64,000 bases of DNA from an uncultured Nitrospinota bacterium. Its GTDB lineage: Bacteria > Tectomicrobia > Entotheonellia > J063 > CAVPRW01. Shown piece by piece: positions 40,182 to 50,932 of this stretch (the first letter of the stretch is position 1; each line of letters starts with the position of its first letter). A program made the position numbers and the translations under genes. Location: contig CAVPRW010000029.1 in NCBI GenBank assembly GCA_963707985.1, positions 64,001 to 128,000 of the forward strand, given 5' to 3'. The notes below the pieces were generated by a model, which saw only the letters and a list, made by a program, of their open reading frames with translations, ran no database searches and had not been told where the DNA came from.

Positions 40182-42654
40182 ATGCGACGCTGGCACGTCA
40201 CGGTGTTCTGCCTCAGCCTTGCGATCGTTGGCCTCATGGGTTGCGCCCTGAACACCTCACCTGGAGAGCAAGCTAGATCGGCACAGACGTTCCCCCAGGT
40301 CCTCAGCGTTCCTAACGGCGGTCGATGTCGACGTTCTAGACGACCACGTGCTCATTACCTTACAGTCCGATGTCCCATTGCGCTATGTTGTGCGCCATGA
40401 CGAGACGCCATCTCGTCTCGTCGTTGATCTGCCGGCGCATCGTATCGCCCCAGGCGTGCGACCCCTGGAGGTGTTTCAAGGCGGTGTGACGGGGGTCTAT
40501 CCTCAGCAAATGGCGGAGCATGGTGGGAGCCAGGTTGAAATCGGCATACTCCCGGGCGTTATCCACTCCTGGTCGTCGCCCTCCGCCAGCACCCTTCTGG
40601 TTGAAATTCGTTCCGACGCCGCAGCGCACGCGCGTTCAGCCACGCGGGAGGGTCTAAGACCGAAGGGGTATAGTCCAGAGACAGGATCGGCGGCTCAGCC
40701 GTCAGCACCTTCCAAACGGCAACAACGAGCCTTCACCTTGGGACGGACAACCCCAGGCAATGCGGTGCGCGCCACCGAGGTGATCGGCCTCGCGGTTGAG
40801 CCAGCCGGTGATCGCACGTTGGTCCGTGTCGTTGGCAACGGCCCGATCTTAGTCTACAAGACTGAGCGCCCGACGCATCCGTCGCAATTCGTTCTGTCCC
40901 TCCCCTCCCTGAGCACGGCGCTGTCGGGACAACGCCTGGACATCGCCACCCCACAACTCAAACAGGTGGCGGTCCGCGCCCCAGATACCGAGGGCACGAC
41001 CATTGAGATGACTTTAGGATCTGGTGTCGCCCCGCAAATTGTCCGTGATGGGGCACAGGTAGTGGTAGAAATTGCCGGCAAACCATCGAGGCAACGGAGC
41101 CCCAAACACGGCGCGTGGTCCCCGCCTGATGCCGGTTTCAGCCCAGAAAGGGCCAGAGGGCGGCCGCCCTCGCTCCGGTCATGCTGGCCCAGCACCATGG
41201 CGTCAGCCCGCCAACCGCAGAAGGCGCTCCGACCTATTCCGGTCAGCGAATCTCTCTCGATTTCCAACAGGCCGACCTCATCGATGTCCTGCGGCTGATC
41301 GCCGAGGTCAGCGGCATGAATATCATCACCAGCCAGGAAGTCACCGGCAAAGTTACGACACGCATGGTCAATGTCCCCTGGGATCAGGCGCTGGATACGA
41401 TCCTGAAAACGTTCGGCTGGGAAAAGATCAGGAGGGTTCGATTATCCGCGTGGCACCTCTTGGAACTACTCCGCAAAGAGCGCGACGACGAATTGCAGTC
41501 CAAACGTGTCGTGGAAGAGCTTGAGGCGCCGGTGACGCGGACGATCCAGCTCAGCTATGCCCGAGCCGAAGAGCTGAAATCCAACATGGAAAAGCTCTTG
41601 ACCAAGCAGGGCCGTTTGGATGTCGACAAACGCACGAACACCATCATCGTGAAGGATATCAGCTCCACCGTGGATGAGGTCCTAGAGCTCATCCGACGCC
41701 TGGATTCCCAGACCAGGCAAGTGTCGATCGAAACACGCATTGTCGAGACGGCGCGCACCTTTCTGGAGGAATTAGGCATTCGCTGGGGAGGCTTTGTCAA
41801 TCAGGAAACCGGCGTGAAGTTCCCACGGCAGGTGGCACTACTTGGACGCCAGCCCGCACTCTACGGGCCTCATTCCGACGAATCCGCTGGCTCCGCCGGG
41901 TACCTTCGGCAATTTTGCCGTCGATTTACCGACCTTCACACAACCTCCGGCGTTGGCGATTGGCCTGGCGCTGATTTCCAACTCGTCGATCATCGACATG
42001 GAGCTGCAGGCCCTCGAACGGACTGGGCGTGGCCGCATTGTCTCTGCTCCCAAAGTGGTGACGCTGGATAACAAAGAGGCAGTCGTCGAAAGCGGTGACC
42101 AAGTCCCCTTCAAAACCGAGTCAGCGGACAGTGGTCCAAAGGTTGAGTTCAAGGATGCCATGATTACACTCAAGGTCACGCCGCACATCAGCCCCGATGA
42201 TTATGTCCTGTTGGAAGTCGATGCGCGCAAGGCAGAGGTGGACTTCTCCCGCACGGTCGATGGCAACCCGACGATCACCAATCGGCAAACCAGAACCAGT
42301 GTCCTGGTGAAGGACGGCGCCACGGTCGTCATGGGGGGACTCTTCAAACAACAGACGGTCGAATCGCAGGAAGGGCTTCCTGGGCTGTCGAAGATCCCAT
42401 ATCTCGGCTGGCTATTCAAAACCAGGCAGACACGCAACGACAACGAGGACCTGTTGTTTTTTATTACCCCTCGCATCATGCGGGCACGTCAGGAACTCGC
42501 GCACTCGTTAGTCAGCAGCATGGGGCGTGCTGCCGCCAGGGGCACAGGAGAATTCTCGCCCGCTCGTCACGCAAAATTGAGTATAGTGAGAGCCAGTGAA
42601 GCGACCTGGCCCGCAATGATTGACGCATGCATCGTGTGTGGCCGCAGGCAATGA
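40182..42654 (+). CDS. pilQ: Type IV pilus secretin PilQ with AMIN-like N-terminal domains (several apparent frameshifts; true stop probably ~42510)
   Basis: YSGQRISLDFQQAD, VPWDQALD, DKRTNTIIV, QVSIETRIVE, APKVVTLDN, GLSKIPYLGWLF, LLFFITPRI, across shifting frames. Confidence 0.9.
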
Positions 42655-42685
42655 CACCGAGAGGTTTTGAGCAAAGGATATCATC

Positions 42686-43810
42686 ATGCAGACTGTGACC
42701 GTGGCATTGGGCGAGCGGAGTTATGCGATACACATTGGCCAAGGGGTGTTGGACGGCGTTGGCGAGGTTTTGGCGCAGCTGCCCGTGACGAAAAGGGCGC
42801 TGGTGGTGACCCAACCGGCCATTGCCGCGGCCTATGGTGAGAGGGTATTGCAGAGCTTGCGCTCGCAGGGCTTTGCGGCCGAGACATGCGAGGTGCTCGA
42901 TGCCGAGGAAGCTAAGAGCTTGGGCTGGCTTGAACGTATCTACGACCGTGCCATCGAGCTTCGGCTCGATCGTCGCTCGCTCATCGTGGCTCTAGGGGGT
43001 GGAGTCGTCGGCGACTTGGCAGGATTCGCCGCGGCCACGTATATGCGTGGTGTCCCGTTCGTGCAGATTCCCACCACGCTGCTTGCGCAAGTGGATAGTA
43101 GCTTTGGCGGTAAAACCGCCATCAATCACCCCCGTGGTAAAAACCTCATTGGCGCTTTCTATCAACCGCGGGCGGTGCTGATCGATGTCGAAACGTTGCA
43201 GACTCTTTCCGGGCGTGAACTGCGCTCTGGGTTGGCTGAAGTGGTCAAGTACGGGGTGATCGCGAAGCCCGATCTATTCGAGCTGCTCGAGGGCTGCACG
43301 ACTGCAGGGCTCCTGCAAGATGCCGCGCTGTTGACACGGGTGATTCGCGATTGCTGCCAGATCAAGGCGGATGTGGTGGCGGTGGACGAACATGAGACCG
43401 GTATTCGGGCCATTCTCAACTTCGGCCATACCTTCGGCCATGCCATCGAAGCCGCTGGCGGTTTCTCGACGTATACGCACGGGGAGGCGGTGGCCATCGG
43501 CATGGTATGGGCCACCGATTTGTCGCTGCGGATGGGTCTGTGCGACCCGGCATTGCTGGACCGTGTGAGGGGGCTGCTCCAGTCCCTCGGATTGCCGATC
43601 GCGCTCAAGGCACGCATTGAGGGCATTCGTGACACATTACTCCTAGACAAGAAGGCCGTCGCTGGGCGTTTGCGGTTCATTCTGGCGGATGGATTGGGAC
43701 AGGTGTCGGTTCGTGACGATGTCCCAGCACAGCTCGTCGAGGACATCATTGACGACGGGTTGAGTGCCCATTCGCTGTCACAGGAGGAGGTACCCATACG
43801 TGCGACATAG
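42686..43810 (+). CDS. aroB: 3-dehydroquinate synthase
   Basis: GGGVVGDLAGF, PTTLLAQVDSS.GGKT, GKNLIGAFYQP, LNFGHTFGHAIE, HGEAVAIG. Confidence 0.96.
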   Translation: MQTVTVALGERSYAIHIGQGVLDGVGEVLAQLPVTKRALVVTQPAIAAAYGERVLQSLRSQGFAAETCEVLDAEEAKSLGWLERIYDRAIELRLDRRSLIVALGGGVVGDLAGFAAATYMRGVPFVQIPTTLLAQVDSSFGGKTAINHPRGKNLIGAFYQPRAVLIDVETLQTLSGRELRSGLAEVVKYGVIAKPDLFELLEGCTTAGLLQDAALLTRVIRDCCQIKADVVAVDEHETGIRAILNFGHTFGHAIEAAGGFSTYTHGEAVAIGMVWATDLSLRMGLCDPALLDRVRGLLQSLGLPIALKARIEGIRDTLLLDKKAVAGRLRFILADGLGQVSVRDDVPAQLVEDIIDDGLSAHSLSQEEVPIRAT

Positions 43811-46621
43811 GCAGGGATGGCAGCGCTGTGGCTGTGTGGTGGTATCGGTGTGCCTGATATCATGGGTAGGTCTCTTCGCCGGATGCGAGAAGGCTGGCGG
43901 AGGCGGCGAGCAAACTACCGGGGGAACCCCAACCACGCCAACGCCTCCGACCACGCCAACGCCTCCAACGCCACCGACGCCGCCAGAGCCTCCGACACCG
44001 CCAAGCCCCAGCCCTGTCGCCGGCATTAAGCTCACGGCAGGGCAGACGTCGCTTCCAGCCGACGGAGTCAGCTCCACGACCATCACGGTGGAGATCATCA
44101 CGGCAGACGGCGCACCAGCCCCGAATGGCACCGAGGTTACCCTTCGTACCGACATAGGTCGATTTAATATCAATGGAGAGAAATCTATCTTACGGACTAC
44201 ACAAGGGGCTGGTGTCGTTGTGACACCGTTTCTAAGTGAGCAGAATGTATCCGGCACGGCTACCATCGTTGCCAGCGCGGGAGGCGTGACCCAGAGCCTG
44301 CAGTTCATTTTTACACCTACGACTCCCATCCCTCCCCCCCAGTGAAGATAGCGGGCATCACCTTAGAGGTCGCGGCCAAGACCTTGGTGGCCGATGGTGT
44401 ATCTTCAACGACGATTACCGCAGCATTGACGACAACCGCAGGCACCGCTGCCCCCGACGGCGTGACGGTCAATTTCATGACCGACAAGGGCCGCTTCACG
44501 ACCGATGGCGCTAAGACCGCCTCTGCTAGCACAATCGGTGGGGATGGCAAGGTGTTGATGCCATTCATCAGTGAGCTGGGGGTGGTTGGCACGGCTACGA
44601 TCGTTGCGAGCGTCGGTGTGATTACCCAGAACGTTCAGCTGGCCTTAATCCCCTCAAGTACAGGTCCTGGTCCTGGTCCTGTTACGCCTGGATCGATTGT
44701 AGGGATCAGGTTAACTGCTGGGTCTAATGCCCTGGTGGCCAATGGCACAAGTTCAACCACGATCACTGCAGCTTTGATTACGACTGCAGGTACAGCCGCC
44801 CCAGATGGTGTGACCGTCAATTTTATAACCGACAAAGGCCGCTTTTCGACGGACGGTGCAAAAGTCGCTGCGGCCACTACCAGCGGCGGCTCTGGCGGCG
44901 TCGCTGTGCCGTTCATCAGCGAGCCAGAAGTCGTAGGCACCGCCACCATCGTAGCCAATGTCGGTGGGATAGCCCAGAGTACCCAGATCGCTCTCACGGG
45001 TGCGGGTGCTCCTGCCACGATCATCCTCGGAGCAGATTCCACGACGATCTCAATTTTCGGTACCACCGGCATCACTGTGCAGGTGCTCGACGACGACGGC
45101 AATCCTGTTGCCGACGGGACCGCGGTGTTTTTCAACACTAGCCTGGTCGGCACCGGGGTAACGCTAAGTGATACCACTGTCGGTGGCTTTGCCAGCGCAA
45201 TTTTTTCGGCAGGGACGCAATCGGGGGTCGCTACTGTCATGGCCAGCTCCGGCGCGGTCTCAGCCACCGTTTCCATCACGATTGCATCAGGACCGGCAGG
45301 AAGTCTTGAGTTCGTCTCGGCACTGCCAACGCTCATCGGCGTCAAGGGATCGGCCTTACCACAGAAGTCAACCATCACGTTCAGAGTCCGCGATGTCAAT
45401 GGCAATCCGGTCACGGATGGCACCCTCGTGACATTTACGCTCATCAGCGGCGTTAGTGGGGGAGAGACGCTCGAACCGGCGCAAGCAGGAACTACTGCTG
45501 GACTGGCATCCACCGTTCTGACCAGTGGCACGGTATCAGGACCGGTACGCGTGCAGGCGAAGGTGACCGTAGGAACGGTCACCCTGACTAGTACCTCGAC
45601 TAATGTCAGCATTGCCGGTGGTGCACCTTCTGGAGCGCATTTTGGGGTTGCGCCATCCTTCAGGAATATTGCCGGCCTGGTGACCCAGGGGATTATCTGT
45701 CCGGTTGCAACCGTTGCCGGGGACCGGTTTGGTAACCCCGTGCCCCAGAACACCGCGGTGTCGTTCTTTACCAATGGCGGCGTGGTTGCACCGCAGGGGC
45801 TTACCGATGAGATCGGGAATGCCTTTAGCGCAATCAAGACTGGGCCGCCCACTCCACATGTTGGAACCATTACCAATTTTTCCGATCCGCGGACCGGCAT
45901 GGTCACCCTGATTGCGGTCACGCAGGGCGAGGAAACCTTCATCGACTCCAATGGAAACGGCCTCTTCGACGGTCCCCAGGAATTTGACCCGAGCGATCCC
46001 GAGCTTGACACCCCTGAGCCCTTCATCGATCATATTGCTCTCTGCCTTCCGGCTGCATGCCCACCTAATCCCGTGAATCCGCCCATTCTTTCCGGTAACA
46101 ATCAATTCGATCCCACCGACCGCTTCGAGTTATTTATCGATTCCAATAAGAATGGCACATGGGATCCACCGAATGGTGTATGGGATGCCAATAAGCCTAT
46201 TTTTGCCCCTACGACGGTGTTGTTTACAGGACCAACACAACTGTCCATCGGTGTGCTACAGGCTGATGGGTCGTGCTCTGGTAATCCATCCGGGTTCAAC
46301 GTACCCGACGGAGGTTCCTCTCAGGCCTTCTGCTTCCTGGTGAGGGATCCTGCGGGTCGACCGCTTGTCGGTGGCACGCAAATCCGTGTGACCACAAGCG
46401 CGGGGGCAATTTCCGGAACCAGTAGCCTCGACCTCCCGGACACACAGCGCGGAGGCCCTGGCATCACATTCTTCACGTTTGCGGTGGTGGATGATGATCC
46501 CGGTGATACCGATCCGCCAGCTGATGCCCTGGTCACGGTGAGTATCATCTCACCCAGCAGCACGACCTGTCCCGGTGGCAACGGTAATCTGGCGGTTTCG
46601 TTCGCCGGGCAAGTGGATTGA
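43800..46621 (+). CDS. Invasin/intimin-like Big_1 (Ig-like) repeat lipoprotein, split at a C7 tract (44334-44340)
   Basis: GTG at 43800 after AGGAGGAGG. Lipobox LFAGC, Pro/Thr linker, repeated (L.ADG.SSTTITA...APDG.TV.F.TD.G.F) units, D.NGNPV.DGT.V.F motifs, DxNxNG Ca-binding-like loops. Confidence 0.78.
43925..44015 (+). repeat. Short tandem repeats encoding a Pro/Thr linker
   Basis: ccaaccacgccaacgcctccgaccacgccaacgcctcc... encodes PTTPTPPTTPTPPTPPTPP. Confidence 0.8.
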
Positions 46622-47028
46622 ATTCTCTGGCCGGTAGAGGACGCGACGCCTTGTGGGGATATACCCTCGGGCGTCCAGGATCAGGCAGGCCTACGCGGGG
46701 CGGCAATGCCGATCAAGACCACCGGCCTGCGATGGGTGCAGAAGACAGCCAATAGAGCCAATGCCCACATTGCCAGTGTAAGATGGCGAGACTACTCCAC
46801 CTACAGACGTCGCTATGTTCCAGCGCATGCCCAAGATGTTAGTGCCAACCCGTCAGCTGCGTCGAACTTTTAGCGCATACGCCGCAACATATTCTGTACA
46901 CCATCGGGAGACCATCCCCTGTTATTTTGATCAACAACTATTGTGGCTGTACGCCGGCAGGACACCAGAGTACTAACTAGGATGATAGACTAGAGAAATG
47001 CGAAGGATCTAAGTTTCGAATTGAACGA

Positions 47029-47667
47029 ATGAAAGGAGAGAGAATGCTCATACAGGTAGTGTTCTGTTTTTTAGTTTTTTTAGTCGGGTGTGCTCAGGTT
47101 CCGAAACCATCAACGTATCCTTACACTCTTCAGCAGTATATGCAAGCCGCACATCACTGGGATGTGCTTGCCACGCAAATAGTTGGGCAGCTCATAGCAG
47201 GACTTAAAAGTGGGTCTATTCCTTCGACAGAGTGGGTCTATGTCGAGGATCATGGGTATAGATCGCCCTTCAACCAGGCTTTCCGCAGCTTTCTTATTAC
47301 AGAGCTTAGAAAGCAGAATCTTGCGGTCTCATCCAATCCAAACAATCCCCTCAAGATAGATTGGGATGTTCAGCTTGTAGTCCATAATGCATACAGGCGA
47401 AACCCTCATTCTCTCGGTCTGCTTGGTTACCTCGCACTTGGTTTGGATGTCTGGCAGGGAACCTACGACGGGCCGTTGCCTCACAGTGAGGTCATCATCA
47501 ATACTACGATTACCGACGATGGACTGGTCTGGTTGCGCGATTCAACTGTCTTTTATATCAACGACGAGGACCAGGAGCATTATGTTTATGTGTTAAGACC
47601 TGCTGCCCCGCAAAAGACTTATGCCGTGGTTGGATGCCCACCAGACGATTTATGCCGTGATCGATAG
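47029..47667 (+). CDS. Hypothetical lipoprotein
   Basis: Lipobox LVGC; QAAHHWDVLA...F.QAFRSFLITEL. AT-richer codon usage than its neighbours. Confidence 0.7.
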   Translation: MKGERMLIQVVFCFLVFLVGCAQVPKPSTYPYTLQQYMQAAHHWDVLATQIVGQLIAGLKSGSIPSTEWVYVEDHGYRSPFNQAFRSFLITELRKQNLAVSSNPNNPLKIDWDVQLVVHNAYRRNPHSLGLLGYLALGLDVWQGTYDGPLPHSEVIINTTITDDGLVWLRDSTVFYINDEDQEHYVYVLRPAAPQKTYAVVGCPPDDLCRDR

Positions 47668-47693
47668 CTAAGCCAGAGAGGAGGAATGGAGAG

Positions 47694-48296
47694 GTGTACA
47701 TACGTCCGACAGCCCTAGGTGTTGTTGCAGTCTACTTATCGCTGATCATGGGGTGTGCATCTCAACAGACACCGCATGGCGTGGTTTATGACGATGGTAA
47801 CCTGGTTGCGGTTGCATACATGATAGCGGATAACCTGGCCAAAGCCGAATGGTTCAACCAACTCATCGGGACACCGGACCCGTTGATTGTTGCAAGCTTC
47901 GTAAACGTCAATAACTTAGAGGAGTCTTCAAGTTTCGGACGGATACTTTCAGAACAAATAGGCTCACGCTTTGTCCAAAGAGGTCACAAGGTCATTGAGC
48001 TGAAGTTGAGGCAAGAGTCGATCTTTATTCGGGAAGGCAATGGCGAGTTCCTGCTCAGTCGCGACATCCGAGAGCTCAGCAAGACCTATAACGCCGCAGC
48101 CGTGGTGGTAGGCACCTATGCGGAAGGGGTTGACAGGCTGTATGTCTCGGCACGGACCCTCCGTCCCGCAGATAATATGATCATCTCTACCTACGACGTT
48201 GGCATAGTGATGAACCCCGTAGCCATGAGCGTTCTCCTCAACCGCGACAATGTTCGTTGGGACTATCCTCTCTACGAGCAAGAAGCATGGCGATAA
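47694..48296 (+). CDS. FlgO-family outer-membrane lipoprotein
   Basis: Lipobox IMGC; IVASFVNVNNLE.SS.FGR.LSEQ...GEFLLSRD..EL......AVVVGTY. Confidence 0.8.
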   Translation: MYIRPTALGVVAVYLSLIMGCASQQTPHGVVYDDGNLVAVAYMIADNLAKAEWFNQLIGTPDPLIVASFVNVNNLEESSSFGRILSEQIGSRFVQRGHKVIELKLRQESIFIREGNGEFLLSRDIRELSKTYNAAAVVVGTYAEGVDRLYVSARTLRPADNMIISTYDVGIVMNPVAMSVLLNRDNVRWDYPLYEQEAWR

Positions 48297-48660
48297 GCCT
48301 AGTCCAACACCGCGCTTGGCTATCGGAGCAGGCTCATTACCGCTGCTGACGGTTCAACATCAACATTGCGAAACTCAACAGTTGGTGTTCTTTCCCCGGG
48401 CCCGCATCATTGCCGTGTCCACCCGCATGACACATACCTCGTGATATTTGCCCCGAAGCTCTAGGCAGACGAAGTTCGCCTGGTGCTCACCATAGCCGAT
48501 CACGGGACTGATCTCCACAGAGAACGCTAATCCATCCCGCCCACGCACCCCGCTTGCACCCGTTCTCAAAGTTGAGTACAGTGGATTTTATGGGGACTTC
48601 TGGAGCACTAGCCCTCATCCGACGACGCTATGGCTAGATCCACCGCAGGAGAGCATTTAC

Positions 48661-48909
48661 ATGAAGGTCAAAACGAAATTCTTCGCTGCTATCAAGGACA
48701 TTGTAGGAACTCCGGAGGTCGAGCTCGAACTTCCCGACGGCATCACGGCTGGGGATCTCTTTCAACAGTATTGTCAGCAACATACACCGCTGATCCGCTA
48801 CGCCAATAATACCATGATCTCCGTTAATCTCGAGTTTGTTCCCCCCGAAACGGCCTTGCATGAGGGCGATGAGATCGCCTTCATTCCACCTGTGAGCGGG
48901 GGAAATTAG
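48661..48909 (+). CDS. moaD: Molybdopterin synthase sulfur carrier subunit
   Basis: KFFAA, GDEIAFIPPVSGG followed by one extra residue (N). Confidence 0.9.
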   Translation: MKVKTKFFAAIKDIVGTPEVELELPDGITAGDLFQQYCQQHTPLIRYANNTMISVNLEFVPPETALHEGDEIAFIPPVSGGN

Positions 48910-48945
48910 ACCACAGCACCCAGATCAATCGCTGAGGATATTGCC

Positions 48946-49356
48946 ATGATCGACATTGTTGACACAGATATCGAGATAGAGCCATTGGTGCAAGACGTGC
49001 GCAAGAACTCGAATGGTGCGGTCGTTACCTTTTTGGGGGTGGTGCGAGGGTTCTCACGCGGCCGCAATGTGCTCTACCTGGAGTACGAGGCCTATCGCGA
49101 GATGGCGGTGCGCAAGCTACAGCAGGTTGCGGACGAGGTGCGGGAGAAATGGACCATCGATGATATTGCCATGGTGCACCGGGTCGGACACCTCGAAGTC
49201 GGCGAGCGCAGCGTGGCCATCGCCGTCGGGGCCCCCCATCGTAAAGCGGCCTTCGAAGCCTGCGAATATGCCATCGATCGCCTGAAGGAAATCGTCCCTA
49301 TCTGGAAGAAAGAAGTCTGGGAAGGGGGAGAGGCCTGGATCGACGACCGCCCGTGA
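48946..49356 (+). CDS. moaE: Molybdopterin synthase catalytic subunit
   Basis: GAVVTFLGVVR, LEYEAY..MA, HRVG.L.VGE, PIWKKE. Confidence 0.94.
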   Translation: MIDIVDTDIEIEPLVQDVRKNSNGAVVTFLGVVRGFSRGRNVLYLEYEAYREMAVRKLQQVADEVREKWTIDDIAMVHRVGHLEVGERSVAIAVGAPHRKAAFEACEYAIDRLKEIVPIWKKEVWEGGEAWIDDRP

Positions 49357-49424
49357 CCATCACAGGGGGCAGAGATGGCCTTTGATTGGCGGACTGATGA
49401 GATTGGCTCACGAATGGCGGATTT

Positions 49425-50547
49425 ATGACCGTGCTCTCGGTTGGTGCAGCTCTGTCGCAGACCGGTATGTATGCGCTGCAAGGACAGCAGGCCCTGCAGG
49501 GGCTCCGTTTATGGGTTGAGGAAACGAACGCACACGGAGGGCTCTTTGTCCCGGAGCTTCGTCAGGCCGTTTCGCTTCGGCTCATCGCTTATGATGATCA
49601 CAGCCGACGCGCTGACGTGGAGCAGCTGACGACACGTCTCATCAGTGTCGATCGGGTGGATTTCCTGATCGGGCCGTATAGCAGCGGCCTGGCGCACGCC
49701 GCCGCAGCGATCGCGGAGGCATATCAGAAGGTCCTATGGAACCATGGTGGCTCGTCAGACGCCATTATGCACCAGGGCTTCCGCTGGTCGGTGCATCTCC
49801 CTACCCCTGCCAGTGGCTATTTCGCCGGACTCTTTGCCTGCCTCCTCAGGCATGGGGCGGAGGCGGGGCGCGTCGCCATCGTCAAGCGCCGCCGCGGGAC
49901 ATTTTCGACCGCAGTCGGCGATGGCGCCAAGCAGCAAGCAGAGCGTGGCGGCTTCACCATGCTGCCCCCCTTTGTCTATCCCGACGATCCCAACCACCTT
50001 GCAAGTCTTGCGGAAACGCTTGCGGCGGCCGATCCGACGGTGCTCATCGCCGTGGGACGTTACGACGACGACGTGGCCCTGGTCCGAACCATGAGGCAAA
50101 TGTCCTGCTGGGGTCAAGACTGTCGCGGCAGTTGGGGCGGCCATGCAGGCCTTTTGGAATGACCTGGAAGCGATGGCCGACGGCTGTATTGGGCCAAGTC
50201 AATGGGAGCCAGGAGCCGCGGGAACCCCTGACGTGGGGCCGTCTTCGGCCGTGTTTATCGAGTGCTTCCGCCAGCGTTTCGGCCAGATTCCTGATTATCC
50301 TGCAGCGCAGGCCTATGCGGCTGGATTGATTCTCCAGCGCTGCGTGATGTTGGGGGGTACCTGTGTCGATGCCGACCTGCGCGCGACTGCCGCTAGGCTG
50401 ACGTGTCGGACATTCTATGGGAACTTTCGTGTCGATTCCCAAACCGGTGAACAAGTCGGTCATGAGGCGGTGTTGGGACAGTGGCAGGGAGGTCAGAAAA
50501 GGGTGGTGTGGCCGGCGGACCTAGCGCAGGCGAGGCTCAAATTCTGA
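49425..50547 (+). CDS. Orphan branched-chain amino acid type (LivJ/K-like) substrate-binding protein (apparent frameshift ~50110)
   Basis: LS.TG.YA..G, YDD.S, D.VDFLIGPYSSGL, PDY.AAQAYAAG, QWQ.G...VVWP. No clear signal peptide. Confidence 0.78.
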
Positions 50548-50920
50548 GCCCGAGTGTCTCGAGGGCCTCCGGGGGTAGATTGTCGTGGGCGAGATCGATG
50601 GCGACCCAGAGGACATTGCGCCCGATCTCTTCGTTCTGGACCAGAATTTTCAGGCCCCAATCTCCGCCGTAGATGATCACCCCTTCATCGCCTTCGGCGA
50701 TGACCCGTTGGGCATAAGCGGAGACGGAACGTCCCCCCTCCTGGCTTGACCAGCCTCGGATGTCTGCCCAGACCAACTCTTCCGTCAGCATCTCTGCCCC
50801 GTCGAGCATGGTATTCCAACGCACACGGACGCGGGAGATCTCGACCGGAGGTGAAACTTCCTGCAGCTCGGTCGGTTCGAGGTCAACACAATTGGCATTG
50901 CCCTCGACGCGTAGGATCAT
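50537..50920 (-). CDS. Hypothetical protein downstream of icmA
   Basis: 127-aa acidic ORF with a plausible RBS (GAGG), 12 nt after the mutase stop. Confidence 0.65.
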   Translation of the reverse strand: MILRVEGNANCVDLEPTELQEVSPPVEISRVRVRWNTMLDGAEMLTEELVWADIRGWSSQEGGRSVSAYAQRVIAEGDEGVIIYGGDWGLKILVQNEEIGRNVLWVAIDLAHDNLPPEALETLGLRI

Positions 50921-50932
50921 GGCCAGCCTCGT

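Noticed and set aside
44343..44345. TGA in the Ig-repeat gene as a second selenocysteine
   Set aside because: The downstream ORF is in a different frame. The break is explained by an extra C in a homopolymer, and there is no Cys-type motif.
44635..46026. Long antisense ORFs (this 463-aa one, also 29227-30153, 4254-5048, 59609-60718 and similar)
   Set aside because: Shadow ORFs of GC-rich coding or decayed IS sequence, with no recognisable motifs.
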